Below are positions 1-12,636 of a DNA stretch of 64,000 nt, in pieces. Position 1 is the stretch's first letter, and every line of letters begins with the position of its first letter. A program made the position numbers and the translations under genes. Below the pieces are notes generated by a model, which saw nothing but the letters and a program-made list of their open reading frames with translations, searched no databases and had not been told where the DNA came from. Source of the stretch: the human T2T-CHM13v2.0 reference genome, Homo sapiens; assembly GCF_009914755.1 (NCBI RefSeq), contig NC_060947.1; one strand, 5' to 3'.

Positions 1-212
1 GAGCTTCCAGGTCATAGGTCGATGGGGTGGTTGCATTCTTTTGAGTTTCTGATTAGCCTCTCCAAATGAGGCAATCAGTTATGCATTTATCTCAGTGATC
101 AGAGGGGTGGCTTTGAATAGAATGGGAGGCAGATTTGCCCTAAGCTGTTTCCAGCATGACTTTTCCTTTAGCTTAGTGATTTGGGGGCTCCAAGATTTAT
201 TTTCCTATCACA
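1..212 (-). mobile_element. MER4A-like ERV1 LTR, 5' portion (continues beyond window start)
   Basis: Reverse complement starts TGTGATAGGAAAATAAATCTTGGAGCCCCCAAATCACTAAGCTAAAGG, matching the recalled MER4A 5' end. Confidence 0.75.
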
Positions 213-1042
213 TTTATATATGTAATTAAGACTAGTAGATATATGAGATACAACTCAATATACAAGGTATATGAAGAAAGTCAAATATATTTTTGGTAAA
301 ATAAGATGAAAGGAGATAGTGATATTTGTGTGTTTGCTTGGCAGAAGAAAGAACTTTGTGTGGTCAAAATGATAAGGGATAAAGGAAAGTACATTTTTAT
401 TCTATGATAGAATGGCAATATTTTTAAAAAGGTATAATAGGATAAAATTGGAGGTTAAAGCCAGTTATATAAGGTTTGTGGAAGATTAAGCTCATGAAAG
501 GAATTTTGTCTGTGATTGAATTGGCTAAAATTAGAAGAAAATTATTTATAAGGTTTTTCTAAAAATTGAGCATTAATATAAAAAACACATTAATTTAAGG
601 CCAGAGTCTGGGCTCCTGTGTCAGAACAACAATTTTCTCAGAGCATTGATCTGTTCCTTAATAGAAAATTGTAAGAGGTTATAAAACATTTATGGAAATC
701 TTATCTTATATGGTCAAAGTTGACTGAGATTGGATGAATTTGGTATTAAGGTTTTATTAAAATTAGCTTTAGTAGTGGTAATACAGTAATATAAAAGTAA
801 ATTTTCTTTTTTTCCCTTTGAATAAGATTTTATGTAGTATTAATGAGAGATAAGATTTGTTTACCTCTTGAGTAAACTACAGAAAAAAAGGGAAGAGTTT
901 ATTTCATGCTGTCATTATTAGGTCTCTTGATTGGGAACTGGGTCTCCTCTCTATCAAAGAGTAAAATTTTTGCTGTTTGAAATCTTAATCTTTGAATTAG
1001 TATATTGGCTAAATAAATGACTGTTATTTTACAGTGACCTGC

Positions 1043-1709
1043 TGTGGCATGCCAGGTCTCACTAACAGCTGAACAGGCAGGCCTCCATGACAACTCTTTC
1101 AGCACTGATTGAATGGTTAAGTTAAATATTAGAAGCTGATAGAGCCAGTGCCCTTATACAAAGGCTGGAATGTAACAAAAGCCCACCAAGAGTTTTGCCT
1201 AGGCCTTTCCTCAGCCTTGAAGCATGACAAGATAATGAAGAAATTCTTAACAGGACCCGTTTAGGATTAAACAAGTATTATTGGGGGTCTGAAGAAATTC
1301 CCCAGACTTCTGCCAACAAATTTTATTGGGGGTGTAAAGGAACTCCCCAAATCTCCATGATTTAGCAGGAGACAAGATAGGGGTAATCATCCCTGGCACC
1401 TGGACCCATCTAGATTAAGTAAATTTACTGAGATGCCAGAGGAAGGTCTTCAGGACTCAGAACTTAGTTATAGATTAGAAGTTAATTACTTATGTGTTTA
1501 GATGAATGCACACTTACACTTAGACATATGGCTCCAAAGGTATATAAGCTCTGTACAACTTTGTAATTTTGAGCTGGTCTGGTGATATTTTCCTGGCCTT
1601 CTCCCTGTACCTGGTTACAGAAACAAACTCTCTTCTTTCCCAGTTCATCTGTTTCTCGTTATTTGGCAACGAGAATAAGCAGCAGGACCCTCACTTCAGT
1701 CTGAGAACA
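1043..1709 (+). mobile_element. Solo ERV1 LTR, PABL_A/B-like
   Basis: TG...CA termini, about 667 bp, near-TSD ctgc (1039-1042)/ctgt (1710-1713). The start TGTGGCATGCCAGGTCTCACTAAC resembles the recalled PABL consensus. Confidence 0.65.
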
Positions 1710-2364
1710 CTGTGATCCTAATTTACTATGTGTTTTAAACCTTTTTAATTTTAATATTAAGGTTTTTAAACCTTTAATATTTGAGATTCTTAAAATTACA
1801 TTTTAAATTCTGAAGTTATCTTTCTGACCCAAACTGATGAAGATAATTAATAAAAACTCTGGAAATCCAAGAGAGACATATTAAACTTCTTTCATACAGA
1901 AAGAAATGTCAAATAAGAAATTATGTTTAAGTTTCTTAGAGTTATATTTGTATAAATGTGTTATTAATGTGTGTTTCAAAATTGAAAAAGATGCCTAAAA
2001 TTATATCTTGGAATACATTATCAGTCATAATTATGATTATGTTAAACTGTTGTATTACTACAAAAAATAGCCAATTTTCTGTCAATTGCATATTTAACCA
2101 TGATATGGTTGGGATGTGTCCCCACCCAAATCTTATCCTGAATTATAGCTCCCATAATCCAGCCATGTCATGGGAGGGACCCAGCGGGAGGTAATTGAAT
2201 CGTGGTGGTGGATCTTTCCCAGGCTGTTCTCATGATAGTGAATAAGTAGCAGGAGATCTGATGGTTTTACAAAGGGCAGTTCTCTTGCACATGCTCTTGC
2301 CTGCCACCATGTAAGACATGCCTTTGCTCCTCCTTCACCTTCAGCCATGATTGTGAGGCCTCCC

Positions 2365-3754
2365 TGTGTCCACAATTGGTGGGTTCTTGGTCTCACTGAC
2401 TTCAAGAATGAAGCCGCGGACCCTCGCGGTGAGTGTTACAGTTCTTAAAGGTGGCGTGTCTGGAGTTTGTTCCTTCTGATGTTCAGATGTGTTCGGAGTT
2501 TCTTCCTTCTGGTGGGGTTCATGGTCTCACTGGCTCAGGAGTGAAGCTGCGGACCTTCACGGTGTTACAGCTCTTAAGGTGGCGGGTCTGGAGTTGTTCG
2601 TTCCTCCCAGTGGGTTCGTGGTCTCGCTGGCTTCAGGAGTGAAGCTGCAGACCTTGGCAGTGAGTGTTACAGCTCATAAAGGCAGTGTGGACCCAAAGAG
2701 TGAGCAGCAGCACGATTTATTACAAAGAGCGAAAGAACAAAGCTTCCACAGTGTGGAAGGCGACCCCAGCAGGTTGCCACTGCTGGCTCTGGCAGCCTGC
2801 TTTTATTCTCTTATCCAGCCCCACCCACATCCTGCTGATTGGTCCATTTTACAGAGAGCAGAGTGGTCTGTTTTGACAGGGTGCTGATTCGTGCGTTTAC
2901 AATCCCTGAGCTAGACACAAAGGTTCTCCACCCTTCCCCACTAGATTAGCTAGATACAGAGTGTTGAGGTGCATTCACAAACCCTGAGCCAGACACAGGG
3001 TGCTGATTGGTGTGTTTCCAAACCTTGAGCTAGATACAGAGTGTCGATTGGTGTATTTACAATCCCTGAGCTAGACATAAAGGTTCTCCAAGTCTCCACC
3101 AGAGTCAGGAGCCCAGCTGGCTTCACCCAGTGGATTTCGCACTGGGGCTGCTGGTGGAGCTGCCTGCCAGTCCGGCGCTGTGCGCCCACACTCCTCAGCC
3201 CTTTGGTGGTAGATGGGACTGGGCGCCCGTGGAGCAGGGGGCGGCGCTCGTCGGGGAGGCTCCGTCTGCACAGGAGCCCACGGAGGCGGGGGGAGGCTCA
3301 GGCATGGCGGGCTGCAGGTCCTAAGCCCTGCCCCGCTGGAAGGCAGCTAAGGCCCGGCGAGAAATCGAGCGCAGCGCCGGTGGGCCGGCACTGCTGGGGG
3401 ACCCAGCACACCCCTCCGCAGCCGCTGGCCCGGGTGCTAAGCTCCTCATTGCCCGGGGCGGCAGGGCCAGCTGGCCGCTCAGAGTGCGGGGCCCGCCAAG
3501 CCCACGCCCACCCGGAACTCCAGCTGGCCCGCAAGCGCCGCACGCAACCCCGGTTCCCGCTGGCGCCTCTCCCTCCACACCTCCCTGCAAGCTGAGGGAA
3601 CCGGCTCTGGCCTTGGCCAGCCCAGAAAGGGGCGCCCACAGTGCAGCGGCAGGCTGAAGGGTTCCTCAAGTGCTGCCAAAGTGGGAGCCCAGGCAGAGGA
3701 GGCGCGGAGAGCGAGCGAGGGCTGTAAGGGCTGCCAGCATGCTGTCACCTCTCA
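2365..3754 (-). mobile_element. LTR12C (ERV9) solo LTR
   Basis: Minus strand starts TGAGAGGTGACAGC and ends CCAATTGTGGACACA. Has ctgattgg/ctagataca repeats and a CpG-rich block. 4-bp TSD tccc at 2361-2364 and 3755-3758. Confidence 0.95.
2830..3060 (-). promoter_or_regulatory. LTR12C CCAAT (NF-Y) box repeats
   Basis: Repeated GATTGG (CCAAT on the minus strand) near 2837, 3005 and 3046 in the LTR12 U3 repeat region. NF-Y binding is established for ERV9 LTRs; activity here is untested. Confidence 0.55.
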
Positions 3755-4109
3755 TCCCCAGCTATGTGGAACTGTGAGTCAATTAAACCTTTTTTCTTTA
3801 TAAAGTACCCAGTCTTGGATATTTCTTCATAGCAGTATGAAAACAGAGTAATATAAACCATGACAATTCAAAGTTTTTTGTCATTCATGGACAGTTATTG
3901 TTTTACTTTGATTCTTCTCAAAAAGTAGTTTATGATCAACTGCTGTCTAAAATTGGTTTCTTCTGAAAGGAAATTCATGGAAGAGGATCCTGACAAGTAC
4001 TCTTCAGTACAGGTTTCTGATAACTTTAGAGATAATACCACTGAAGTAAGTAAAAACTTCTAGAACTCTAACAAAAACTGATGTAGTCATGAAGATTGCC
4101 AACCTAACA

Positions 4110-4396
4110 TTTTTTTTTTCCAATTTTTGTTTTAAGTTCGGGGGTACATGTGCAGGATGTGCAAGTTTGTTACATAGGTAAACATGTGCCGCGTTGGTTT
4201 ACTGTACAAATCATTCCATCACCCAGGTATTAAGCCCAGCATCCATTACCTATTCTTCCTGATGTTCTCCCTCCCCTCATACTCCTCCTCACAGGTGCCC
4301 AGTGTATGTTGTTTTCTCCCATGTATCCATGTATTCCCATAAATCAGCTCCCACTTATAAGTGAGAACATGCGGTGTTTGGTTTTTCGTTCCTGCA
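4110..4396 (-). mobile_element. 5'-truncated L1PA (about PA10-13) 3' end
   Basis: Poly-T then ggggtacatgtgcagg...gtgagaacatgcgg. Degenerate TSD gccaacctaacat / gcgaacccaacgt. Confidence 0.85.
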
Positions 4397-5815
4397 GCGA
4401 ACCCAACGTTAAGCAGAAAAATAATTACTTACATGGGACTAAGCTGATAGAGAATTAAAATTATTTTTATGGCATTTTTGTTTGAACCATTGTTGATTCT
4501 TTCTAAATTTTGCTTTTCAGAGTCAAGAAAACAGTTTTTTTTAGCCATTTATAGCTTACAGCAATTGGGTATAGTATAATTTTGTGAACAAAACTGAAAC
4601 AGTTACCCTTCCTTCTATGTGGTTTCTCCAAAATTTGAAAACTATTCATGAGCATTCTTATTTTATGGCAATATAATTTCATAATTTCAATAAAAAGATG
4701 CTTTCTTTTCCAACAGAACACATTGGAGACATTGGTAATTTTACCAATGTTTTGTCTGGAACAGTGTATTTTCAGATATAACCAGTCTGCTTTGAGAAAT
4801 TAAAGCCACATGGAAAGAATGGCCTGGAACCTAGTTTACACAGTTTCCTTACAAGGTTCCAGACCTTGTAGTAAATAATGAATATCACTTTCTGACAGGC
4901 TCAGGAAACTCAAGATATTTGGGGACTACAAGAAGAGAGAAATTCACTCAATTTGTACAGGTATTGTAAGTACCATTTTATGGTGACTCTTTGGCTTCGC
5001 TTCCTTGCCTTGAGATAATTTTAATAGTCTAATATGAATCTTCTAATGAAAAATTTCCAGCAAAGCCAACTTAAATTTCCAGCAAAGCCTGCAGGACCAG
5101 TCACTGTTCTTGTGAATGTTTATGCAATGACCAGGCCAAGTATAATACTAAAACTTATTTTGCAATTAAATTGGTCCTACTACTATTTATCTTTGGTAGA
5201 AATGGAAAATTGGAGAGAGAAAAGAATGTGTTTTAGAAGAAAACTGTAGCACACTTGTTATTAGATTACAGCCCTGACTATTATTTTTGAGTTTTTATTA
5301 TTTTCCTACAACTCAGACTAAATTCTGAAGTATTTCCTGGCTACAAGACTCTAAAGAAAATCTGGGTGTTAATTTTTTTTTATTATGTTTTTAGTTGACT
5401 CCTCAATAGAACAGTTGTTTTGTTGTTGTTGCTCTGGTACACAATATTTTTGTTATAATCCTATGTGTGTTATAATTCTGCTATGTATCTCCTGTTGTTT
5501 GACTTCTTTTAAGAAAACTAAACACATGATATTCTAAAGACTAAAGATGATTCAACAAGTGATAGCAACTATGTAAATCAGTGACTTGACTGGTCTTATT
5601 TTTGTGAACCTATGAGGCCATTCCAATTTGTATTTTGAAGCTCTTAGAATTCCTCAATGAGACATGTCCTGTCCCCCCAACCATGTGAGATAGAGCCATC
5701 TGGGAATGAGCTTTACTAGCAATGCAGGACTAAGATTCTCAACATAAAAAGAGCCAAAAGCATTTGAGTTTATCTATGATGCTTTCTTCAAAAGATATTT
5801 ATGAAAAGGGGGGAA

Positions 5816-6253
5816 TGAGAAAAGAAAAATTGCTCAGGGCAGTGTGAGCTATGTAAGCTATGCAAAATTTATCAGGCCCAGGAATACATGAGTATGGGAC
5901 TTCAGTCATGCCCACCTCTGCCTCCCCATACCCTGGGACAATTGTTTGCAGGTATTTTTGTTCCTGTCTTATTGCCTGGTCCATTATCTTCATGTTCCTG
6001 GAATGTGTGAGGCAAAGAACAATGTATGGCCAATCAGCACCTTATGTTATGTCATTGTAAATTCTTGGTAAAGAACTTAGTAACTGCCTCTTCTTTTTTT
6101 CTTAAAAACCCATTTGTAACTGCTGCTACTCAAGAGTGTATATTCAGGACAACTTCTTTAATTTATGCTCCTGTTTGACTATCCTCAAGCTTCAGGCTCA
6201 AGTAAGCTCTATGCGTAATAATATTTTCTGAATCTCATTATTTGTGGTTGACA
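5816..6253 (+). mobile_element. 3' LTR of the ERV1 provirus (MER65-like, family uncertain)
   Basis: Starts TGAGA right after the polypurine tract and ends GGTTGACA. Confidence 0.65.
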
Positions 6254-6258
6254 CAGAC

Positions 6259-6286
6259 AAGTTGACACATAAAATCAACCATCACA
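6259..6286 (-). mobile_element. MLT2-type LTR 5' terminus fragment
   Basis: aagttgacacataaaatcaaccatcaca is the reverse complement of the MLT2 start TGTGATGGTT(A/G)ATTTTATGTGTCAACTT. Confidence 0.6.
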
Positions 6287-6536
6287 CCTCTCCTTAAGTA
6301 CCCCTCCTAAAAATTATCTGGCCACAAAGAGAGATGTTCCCTGAACAACTATTGAATCTCACTTCTTTCTAGCCTCTTTTTTCTCCTCTTTAAATATCAT
6401 TTTCTGTCTGATCTTTGAGAAGCTTGTAGATCTTATGGTCAGAGCATTTTCCTTCATTGTTACAATCCTCCTTTTCCTACAGCAAACGTGTTTTTGAGTA
6501 AAGTCTCTCCTTAGCTATGTCCAGATTTGTTTGACA
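6287..6536 (+). mobile_element. Old ERV1 LTR 3' portion (MER67-like)
   Basis: Ends in gagtaaagtctctccttag...tttgtttgaca, typical of MER4-group LTR U5 ends. Confidence 0.4.
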
Positions 6537-8042
6537 GTTACATGTAGCACAGTAAAATTGTGAGTTTTAAATTAATAACATAATTGTGATTCTCTTTTAC
6601 TTTGGTAATCTCTGAATATGCATCAAAAGTAGGTAGCTCTTTTATTGATTAAACACAATTGTAAAATAGTAGATGAGTGAGTAAAAGTCAAAAGTTGTAA
6701 TGATTTTTTGAGCTAGGTTACAAATAACTTCTGACTAGACTTATGTACAATAAAGTTCTTTTTGAAATTCTGCAGATAGAAAATGAATATAAACTAGAGT
6801 TAGACAATTTTAAGGCCTCTGCTGAGATTTATTATTTGACAGTTGACAGGAATACTGAAAAATTAGCATTTTGGTAAAACCTTTATTTGTTTAAGATGCC
6901 ATTTAGCCAAAGAGACTGTCTGTACAAAAGGATTAACCTATTGACAATAGCTTTCTAAATCCAAACCCATTGAATAACAAGTATTGAATGTGTTTACTCT
7001 TTTAATGCACCACAATTTACTATGTAGCTGGCTTTCTTGAAAAGGTCAAAATGTATGAAGGGCTGAATTTCAATCGGAAGGCATACAAAAATTTGAAGCT
7101 GAATAGAATCAGATTTGTTAAATACAAGTAGAAAGTAAATTATGTGAATGTGGTTTATCTAAATAAATGTCCCTCCCCTGCAAAAATAAAGAAGAACATG
7201 TCTTTTAGACTATTTTATTTATTTGGCAAGACATTTGTTCACTGTCAAGCTTCTGACTTATCCTTTCAAATAAAATTACTATATATTGTCTGAAAGACCT
7301 CAATAAATTTGTTGCTATTCTTGCAAACCAAGTTTTAAAACATCACTATGTGAAAAGACCAATAGACCCTTTATTTATTGGACATTTCCAGGTATATTCT
7401 GATATTCACTATAGAACAATACTACTTTTTAACAGGTAGGCCAAGAAAAATAAAGATTGATGAACTTGCAGAATTTGATTTTGGCTTTTTCCTGCACAAC
7501 TCCTTTCCTTATCTGATTTCTGATGTTGAGCTAAAACTGATTTTTCAGTTTAGTTACAGACATACATTTTTGTTATAGTGCATTATGACTATTGATATAG
7601 TGCATACAAATAGATGTTTATGAAGACTGGTCACTTAGGCACATAGTGGACATTTTAAAACTAGGAAAAGTGGGCAACTTTAAATTTCTATAACCTGCTT
7701 CTGATACAAAAAGACTGGCTCTTCTTAGAAAAAAAAAGGCATTTCAGGAACTATAAACATGTCTTATTCCTGTGATGGTAAAAAAGGCCTTGTAGTGCTT
7801 TTCCAACTCAGTGGTAACAAACATAGTGCTTACACAATAAGATCCAGATTTCTGTCTTTGGATAATAATTCCTTAAAACTTCACAAAAATCAGACCCATT
7901 TTCCTCTCTTAATAGACTCAATTGTGAAACTATACTGTGGGTTGCATTATATATCTAGTTAATGCAATTCTTTCGTCTCTATTGGATGCCTCATTTTGGA
8001 TAGCACAGAGCTTATGTTCTAATATATAAAATAAAAACAGTA

Positions 8043-8385
<343 letters not shown>

Positions 8386-9557
8386 TTATATGTCATATAC
8401 TAATGAAGTTATATATACTGCCCGTCACATATAGAGATAGTATTACTGAACCCCCATCACTAAAGCATGCACTTTGAATTATTTTCCAAGTATGGAGATA
8501 CACTTACACAGAGCCTTCCTTTGTGAACATAACACATGATTTTGAACCAGCTTGATAGTTTGAAGGGTGAAGTTTGTAATACTGGAACTGGAATTTCTTT
8601 TAATGTGAAAGCAAACCAGCTCACACAGAGAACAAGTGCAGAATCTTGGTTTATTTGACACTATGCTGGAGAAAGTTGAGTTAACTGTTTCAGACCATGA
8701 TGATCAGGGACCAAAAAATCATCTTGTAGGCTTTTGTTTATGTGTTTGTATTTTAAAAAATAAACTGTTTTTCTAGGTATGCCTTACCAATATTCTATAG
8801 CTTTTTTTGCATTTTAATATTTTAAATGACATGACATCTTTTATAAATTATAAAATACTTATATGTGCCTTTCTAATTATTAAATCAGTCTTTCACACTT
8901 CACACAATCATGCAACTTCAGAATTATCAATTGAATTTCAATGATAAACCGTGTTTAAGATACGCAATAATACACTTACTCACAAACAAAACCCAGTGTC
9001 TTAGTTTTTTTACCTGGTAAAATTGGCTAGTGGAGAACTAATATAATTTCCTCACAAGTGTTCTAATGCATCCAACTCTAGCCAAATGTTTTGTCCGCAT
9101 TGTGACCTATTGTGCTTAAAGGGGTAATAAATATGAAATAATACAGTGCCCAAAGTTGTCCTTCTGTGGCTCATATTCTATAGAAGAATATATAGCATTT
9201 CTTGCTACATTGTTGAAGTCAGTGGCAGTTTTGCTGAGGAATCATCAGACAACACCAGCCACTTATAAGTCTCTGCCAGTATATCAAACATACATGAAAT
9301 ACACTATGTCAGTAAAACTTTTGCAAAACATTAAATATTCTTCATTTTAGCAATAAAGAAATAGACATATGTCAGATAAAAATTGGCAGTCAAATTCCTT
9401 TTGACCTATTCATAATGACCTAAAAGTTATTTTTATACTTTCATGTATCCATACATAAATATATTTCTTAAATGAGATCACGTGGAACAATAATCGCAGT
9501 TCTTTTTTTATTTTGAGCATGTAAATTTTCTGTTCATCTTGGTATTTTCTTATTATG

Positions 9558-9806
9558 GGCCGAGCATGGTCACTCACGCCTGTAATCCCAGCACTTTGGG
9601 AGGCCGAGGTGGTTGGATCACTTGATGTCAGGAGTCTGAGACCAGCCTGGGCAACATGGTGAAACCCCGTCTCTACTAAAAATACAAAAATTACCTGGGT
9701 GTGGTGGCGCATACCTGTGGTCCCACCTACTCAGGAGGATGAGATGGGAGGATTGCTTGAACCTGGAAGGTGACACAGTTAGACTCTGTCTCAAAAAAAA
9801 AAAAAA
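9558..9806 (+). mobile_element. Alu with internal right-arm deletion
   Basis: Alu left arm, linker, shortened right arm and poly-A. Degenerate TSD ggtattttcttattatg / gatatgttcctattatg. Confidence 0.92.
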
Positions 9807-11165
9807 GATATGTTCCTATTATGAAACACTGATTAGTCTGTCACATTGGTCTGGCTTATAATAGCTATATAAGTGCAAACATAGTATGAGGAAAAAAACA
9901 CTAAAATGCATGCAGTAGAAAATTTTAAAATTATTCTTTAAAATGCTAGAACATATAGGTGTAATCATAAGTCCTTTCAGTCCTCTTAAAACACTAGGAA
10001 TTGTTATATCAGAAATAAGAAAACGATGTGCCATAACACAAAATGTACTGAACTCCAGATGGTAGGTATTTCAAAGCAGAATGCCATAGTTACTGCCCAT
10101 TAGTTTAAGAGAACTATCTTTATCATCATTCCAACCAACACATTTATTTTAGAGTACAAAATTGAGCTATTCAAGCTTAGTGGAAAAGGATTGGCACATG
10201 TGATTCCTTCAAGGTTAGATACTAAGACACAATCATCTCTAAATGAATATTATCATCACAGTTATTTTTAACCATAAACTATAGAATTTACCATTAGAGT
10301 CAAGACTATTTGTCGAATGACTTCTGTGGTTATGGGTCCAAATTTTGGCTAAGTTTTGGCAGTCAGTTACTTTAGAATCAACTCTGTAAAATTATTTTCT
10401 TGGAGGTAAATAATCTCTTTGTGATAACAAAATTACATAACAATTTTAAATTGAAAATTATTCATAGCTTAGCTGGTAACCTCTTGGCTCCAAGGTATAG
10501 CACACAAAAGGTGTAAAAAATGAATAAGAATTATTCTGTTATTAAATATCCAGTGTGATATTTAATAGCAGGTGTATAACATGCTCAAAGGGAATATCAT
10601 TTTTCTGTGACGATTAAAAGGAAAGCTCATTGAGAGGCAGGGACCTCAGTCCTAGTCCTGTCCTACTTTGTCCAACCTCCCTGGGGATTTTGTACCAAAT
10701 CACTTATGTCTTTATCTTAAGAGTGATTCAGAGGCTCTGGCCAGCATGCACTTTTATAATTGATTGTTTCCATGTTAAATTTAATTAGACCCGAAAAGAA
10801 GGGCTCTTTTGGATTACGTGATATTCCATGTGATGTTCCCTGTCTGAGGTACATTAGATAAGTTTTCTTAGAAAAATCCTCAAAAATAAAGTATAGCCTT
10901 TTCCTTTTTTTTCTCTTCCAAATTTATTTTAGTTTCAGGGGATACATGTGCAGGTTTGTAACATGGATAAATTGTGGGTCCCTTGGGTTTGGTGTACAAG
11001 AGATTTCATCACCTAGGTAGTAAGAATTGCACCCAATAGGTAGCTTTTTGACCCACATTTACCTTCCATGCTCTACCTTCAAGTAATCCCCAATGTCTAT
11101 TATTCTCCTCTTGGCGTTCATGTGTACTCAATGTTTAGCTCACACTTATGAGTGAGAACACATGG

Positions 11166-11527
11166 TATATTAGTCCATTTTCATACTGCTATGAAGAAAT
11201 ACCTGAGACTAGGTAATTTATAAAGAAAAAGAGGTTTATTGGACTCAGTTCCACATGGCTAGGGAGGCCTCACAATCATGGCCTCAGGCAAAGGAGGAAC
11301 AAAGGCACATCTTACATGCTGGCATGCAAGAGAGCGTGTGCAGGGGAACTCCCCTTTATGAAACCATCAGATCTCATTAGACTTATTCACTATCATGAGA
11401 ACAGCATGGGAAAAACCTGCCCCCATGATTCAATTACCTCTAACTGGGTCTGTCCCATGACACGTGGAGATTATGGGAGCTACAATTCAAGATGAGATTT
11501 GAGTGAGGACACAGCCAAAGCATATCA
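11166..11527 (-). mobile_element. THE1C/D-type solo LTR inside L1 3' end
   Basis: tatattagtcc...cacagccaaagcatatca. Flanks catgg/cacag are consistent with an ancestral cacgg TSD. Confidence 0.9.
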
Positions 11528-11611
11528 CACAGTATTTAGTTTTCTATTCCTGTGTTAATTTGCCTAGGATAATGGCCTCCAGCTCTATCAAAGTTACTGC
11601 AAAGGACATGA

Positions 11612-12636
11612 CTTTTTTTCTTTTTTTAACTTTTATTTAAGTTCAGGGTTAAATGTGCAGGTTTGTTACAGATAAACTTGTGTCATGGGTGTTTGTTGTA
11701 TAGATTATTTCGTCACCCAAGTATTAAGCCTAGCACCCGTTAGTTATTTTTCCTGACCCTTTCCCTCCTCCCACCATCCACTCTCTAATAGGCCCGAGTG
11801 TGTGTTGTTCCCCTCTGTGTGTCCACATGTTCTTATGGTTTAGCTCCCACTTATATGTGAGAATAAGAGGTATTTAATTTTCTTTTCCTGTGTTAGTTTG
11901 ATAAGGATAATGTCGTCTAGCTCTATCCATATTCCTGCCAAGAACATGATCTCATTCTTTTCTATGGCTGCACAGTATTCCATGATGTACATGCACCACA
12001 TTTTCATTATCCTGTTTACCATTGATGGGCATTTAGGTAATTCCATGTCTTTGCTATTGTGCATAGTGCTGCAATGAACATACACATGCTTGGGTCTTTA
12101 TGATAGAATTATTTCTATTCCTCTGGATGTATACTTAGTAATGGAATTGTTGTGGGGGGGCAAGTAATATTTCTGTCTTTAGATATTTGAGGAGTTGCCA
12201 TACTGACTTCCACAATGGTTGAACTAATTTACACTCTCATCCACAGTGTGTGAGTGTTCCTTTTCTCTACAACCTTGCCATGATCTGTTATTTTTTGACT
12301 TATAATAATAGCTATTCTGACTAGTATGAGATAGTGTCTCATTGTGGTTTAGATTTGAATCTTAAAACCAATGAAACTATCAACAAAGTAAATGGACAAC
12401 CTACAGAGTGGGAGAAAATATTTGCAAATTTTATTCAACAAAGATCTAATATCCAAAATCTATAAGGAACTGAAACAAGTTAACAAGCATAAAAGCAAAT
12501 AACCCTATTAAAAATGGGCAAAGGTCATGAGTTTATATATAACAAACCTACACATGTACCCCTGAACTTAAGCATCAAAACTAATCATCACTAATGATCA
12601 GTGATGTTCAGGTTTTTTAAATACTTTTTGGCCACA
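11612..12636 (-). mobile_element. Nested 5'-truncated L1PA (about PA13) with internal inversion
   Basis: Poly-T plus 3' end on the minus strand to about 12360, a plus-strand ORF2 piece at about 12361-12530, and extra fragments. The host L1 resumes at 12637 (aggacatga/agaatatga). Confidence 0.8.

Larger units (their letters stand above)
2101..3855 (+). mobile_element. THE1C/D-type MaLR solo LTR split by LTR12C (2101-2364 + 3759-3855)
   Basis: Starts TGATATGGTT and ends GTAATATA. 5-bp TSD aacca at 2096-2100 and 3856-3860. Confidence 0.9.
213..5815 (+). mobile_element. Degenerate ERV1 (MER4-group) internal sequence, interrupted by several insertions
   Basis: AT-rich MER4-group-like internal sequence resumes across each TSD-flanked insertion. 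It ends in a polypurine tract (GAAAAGGGGGGAA, about 5803-5815) directly before an LTR start. Confidence 0.7.

Noticed and set aside
2433-3748. Cluster of overlapping ORFs up to 184 aa
   Set aside because: All lie within the GC-rich LTR12C, where low stop-codon density produces ORFs in every frame.
5051-5089. Short local duplications (here 17 bp; also about 13360-13412, 41525-41557 and 63942-63968)
   Set aside because: Ordinary slippage-type micro-duplications inside decayed repeats.
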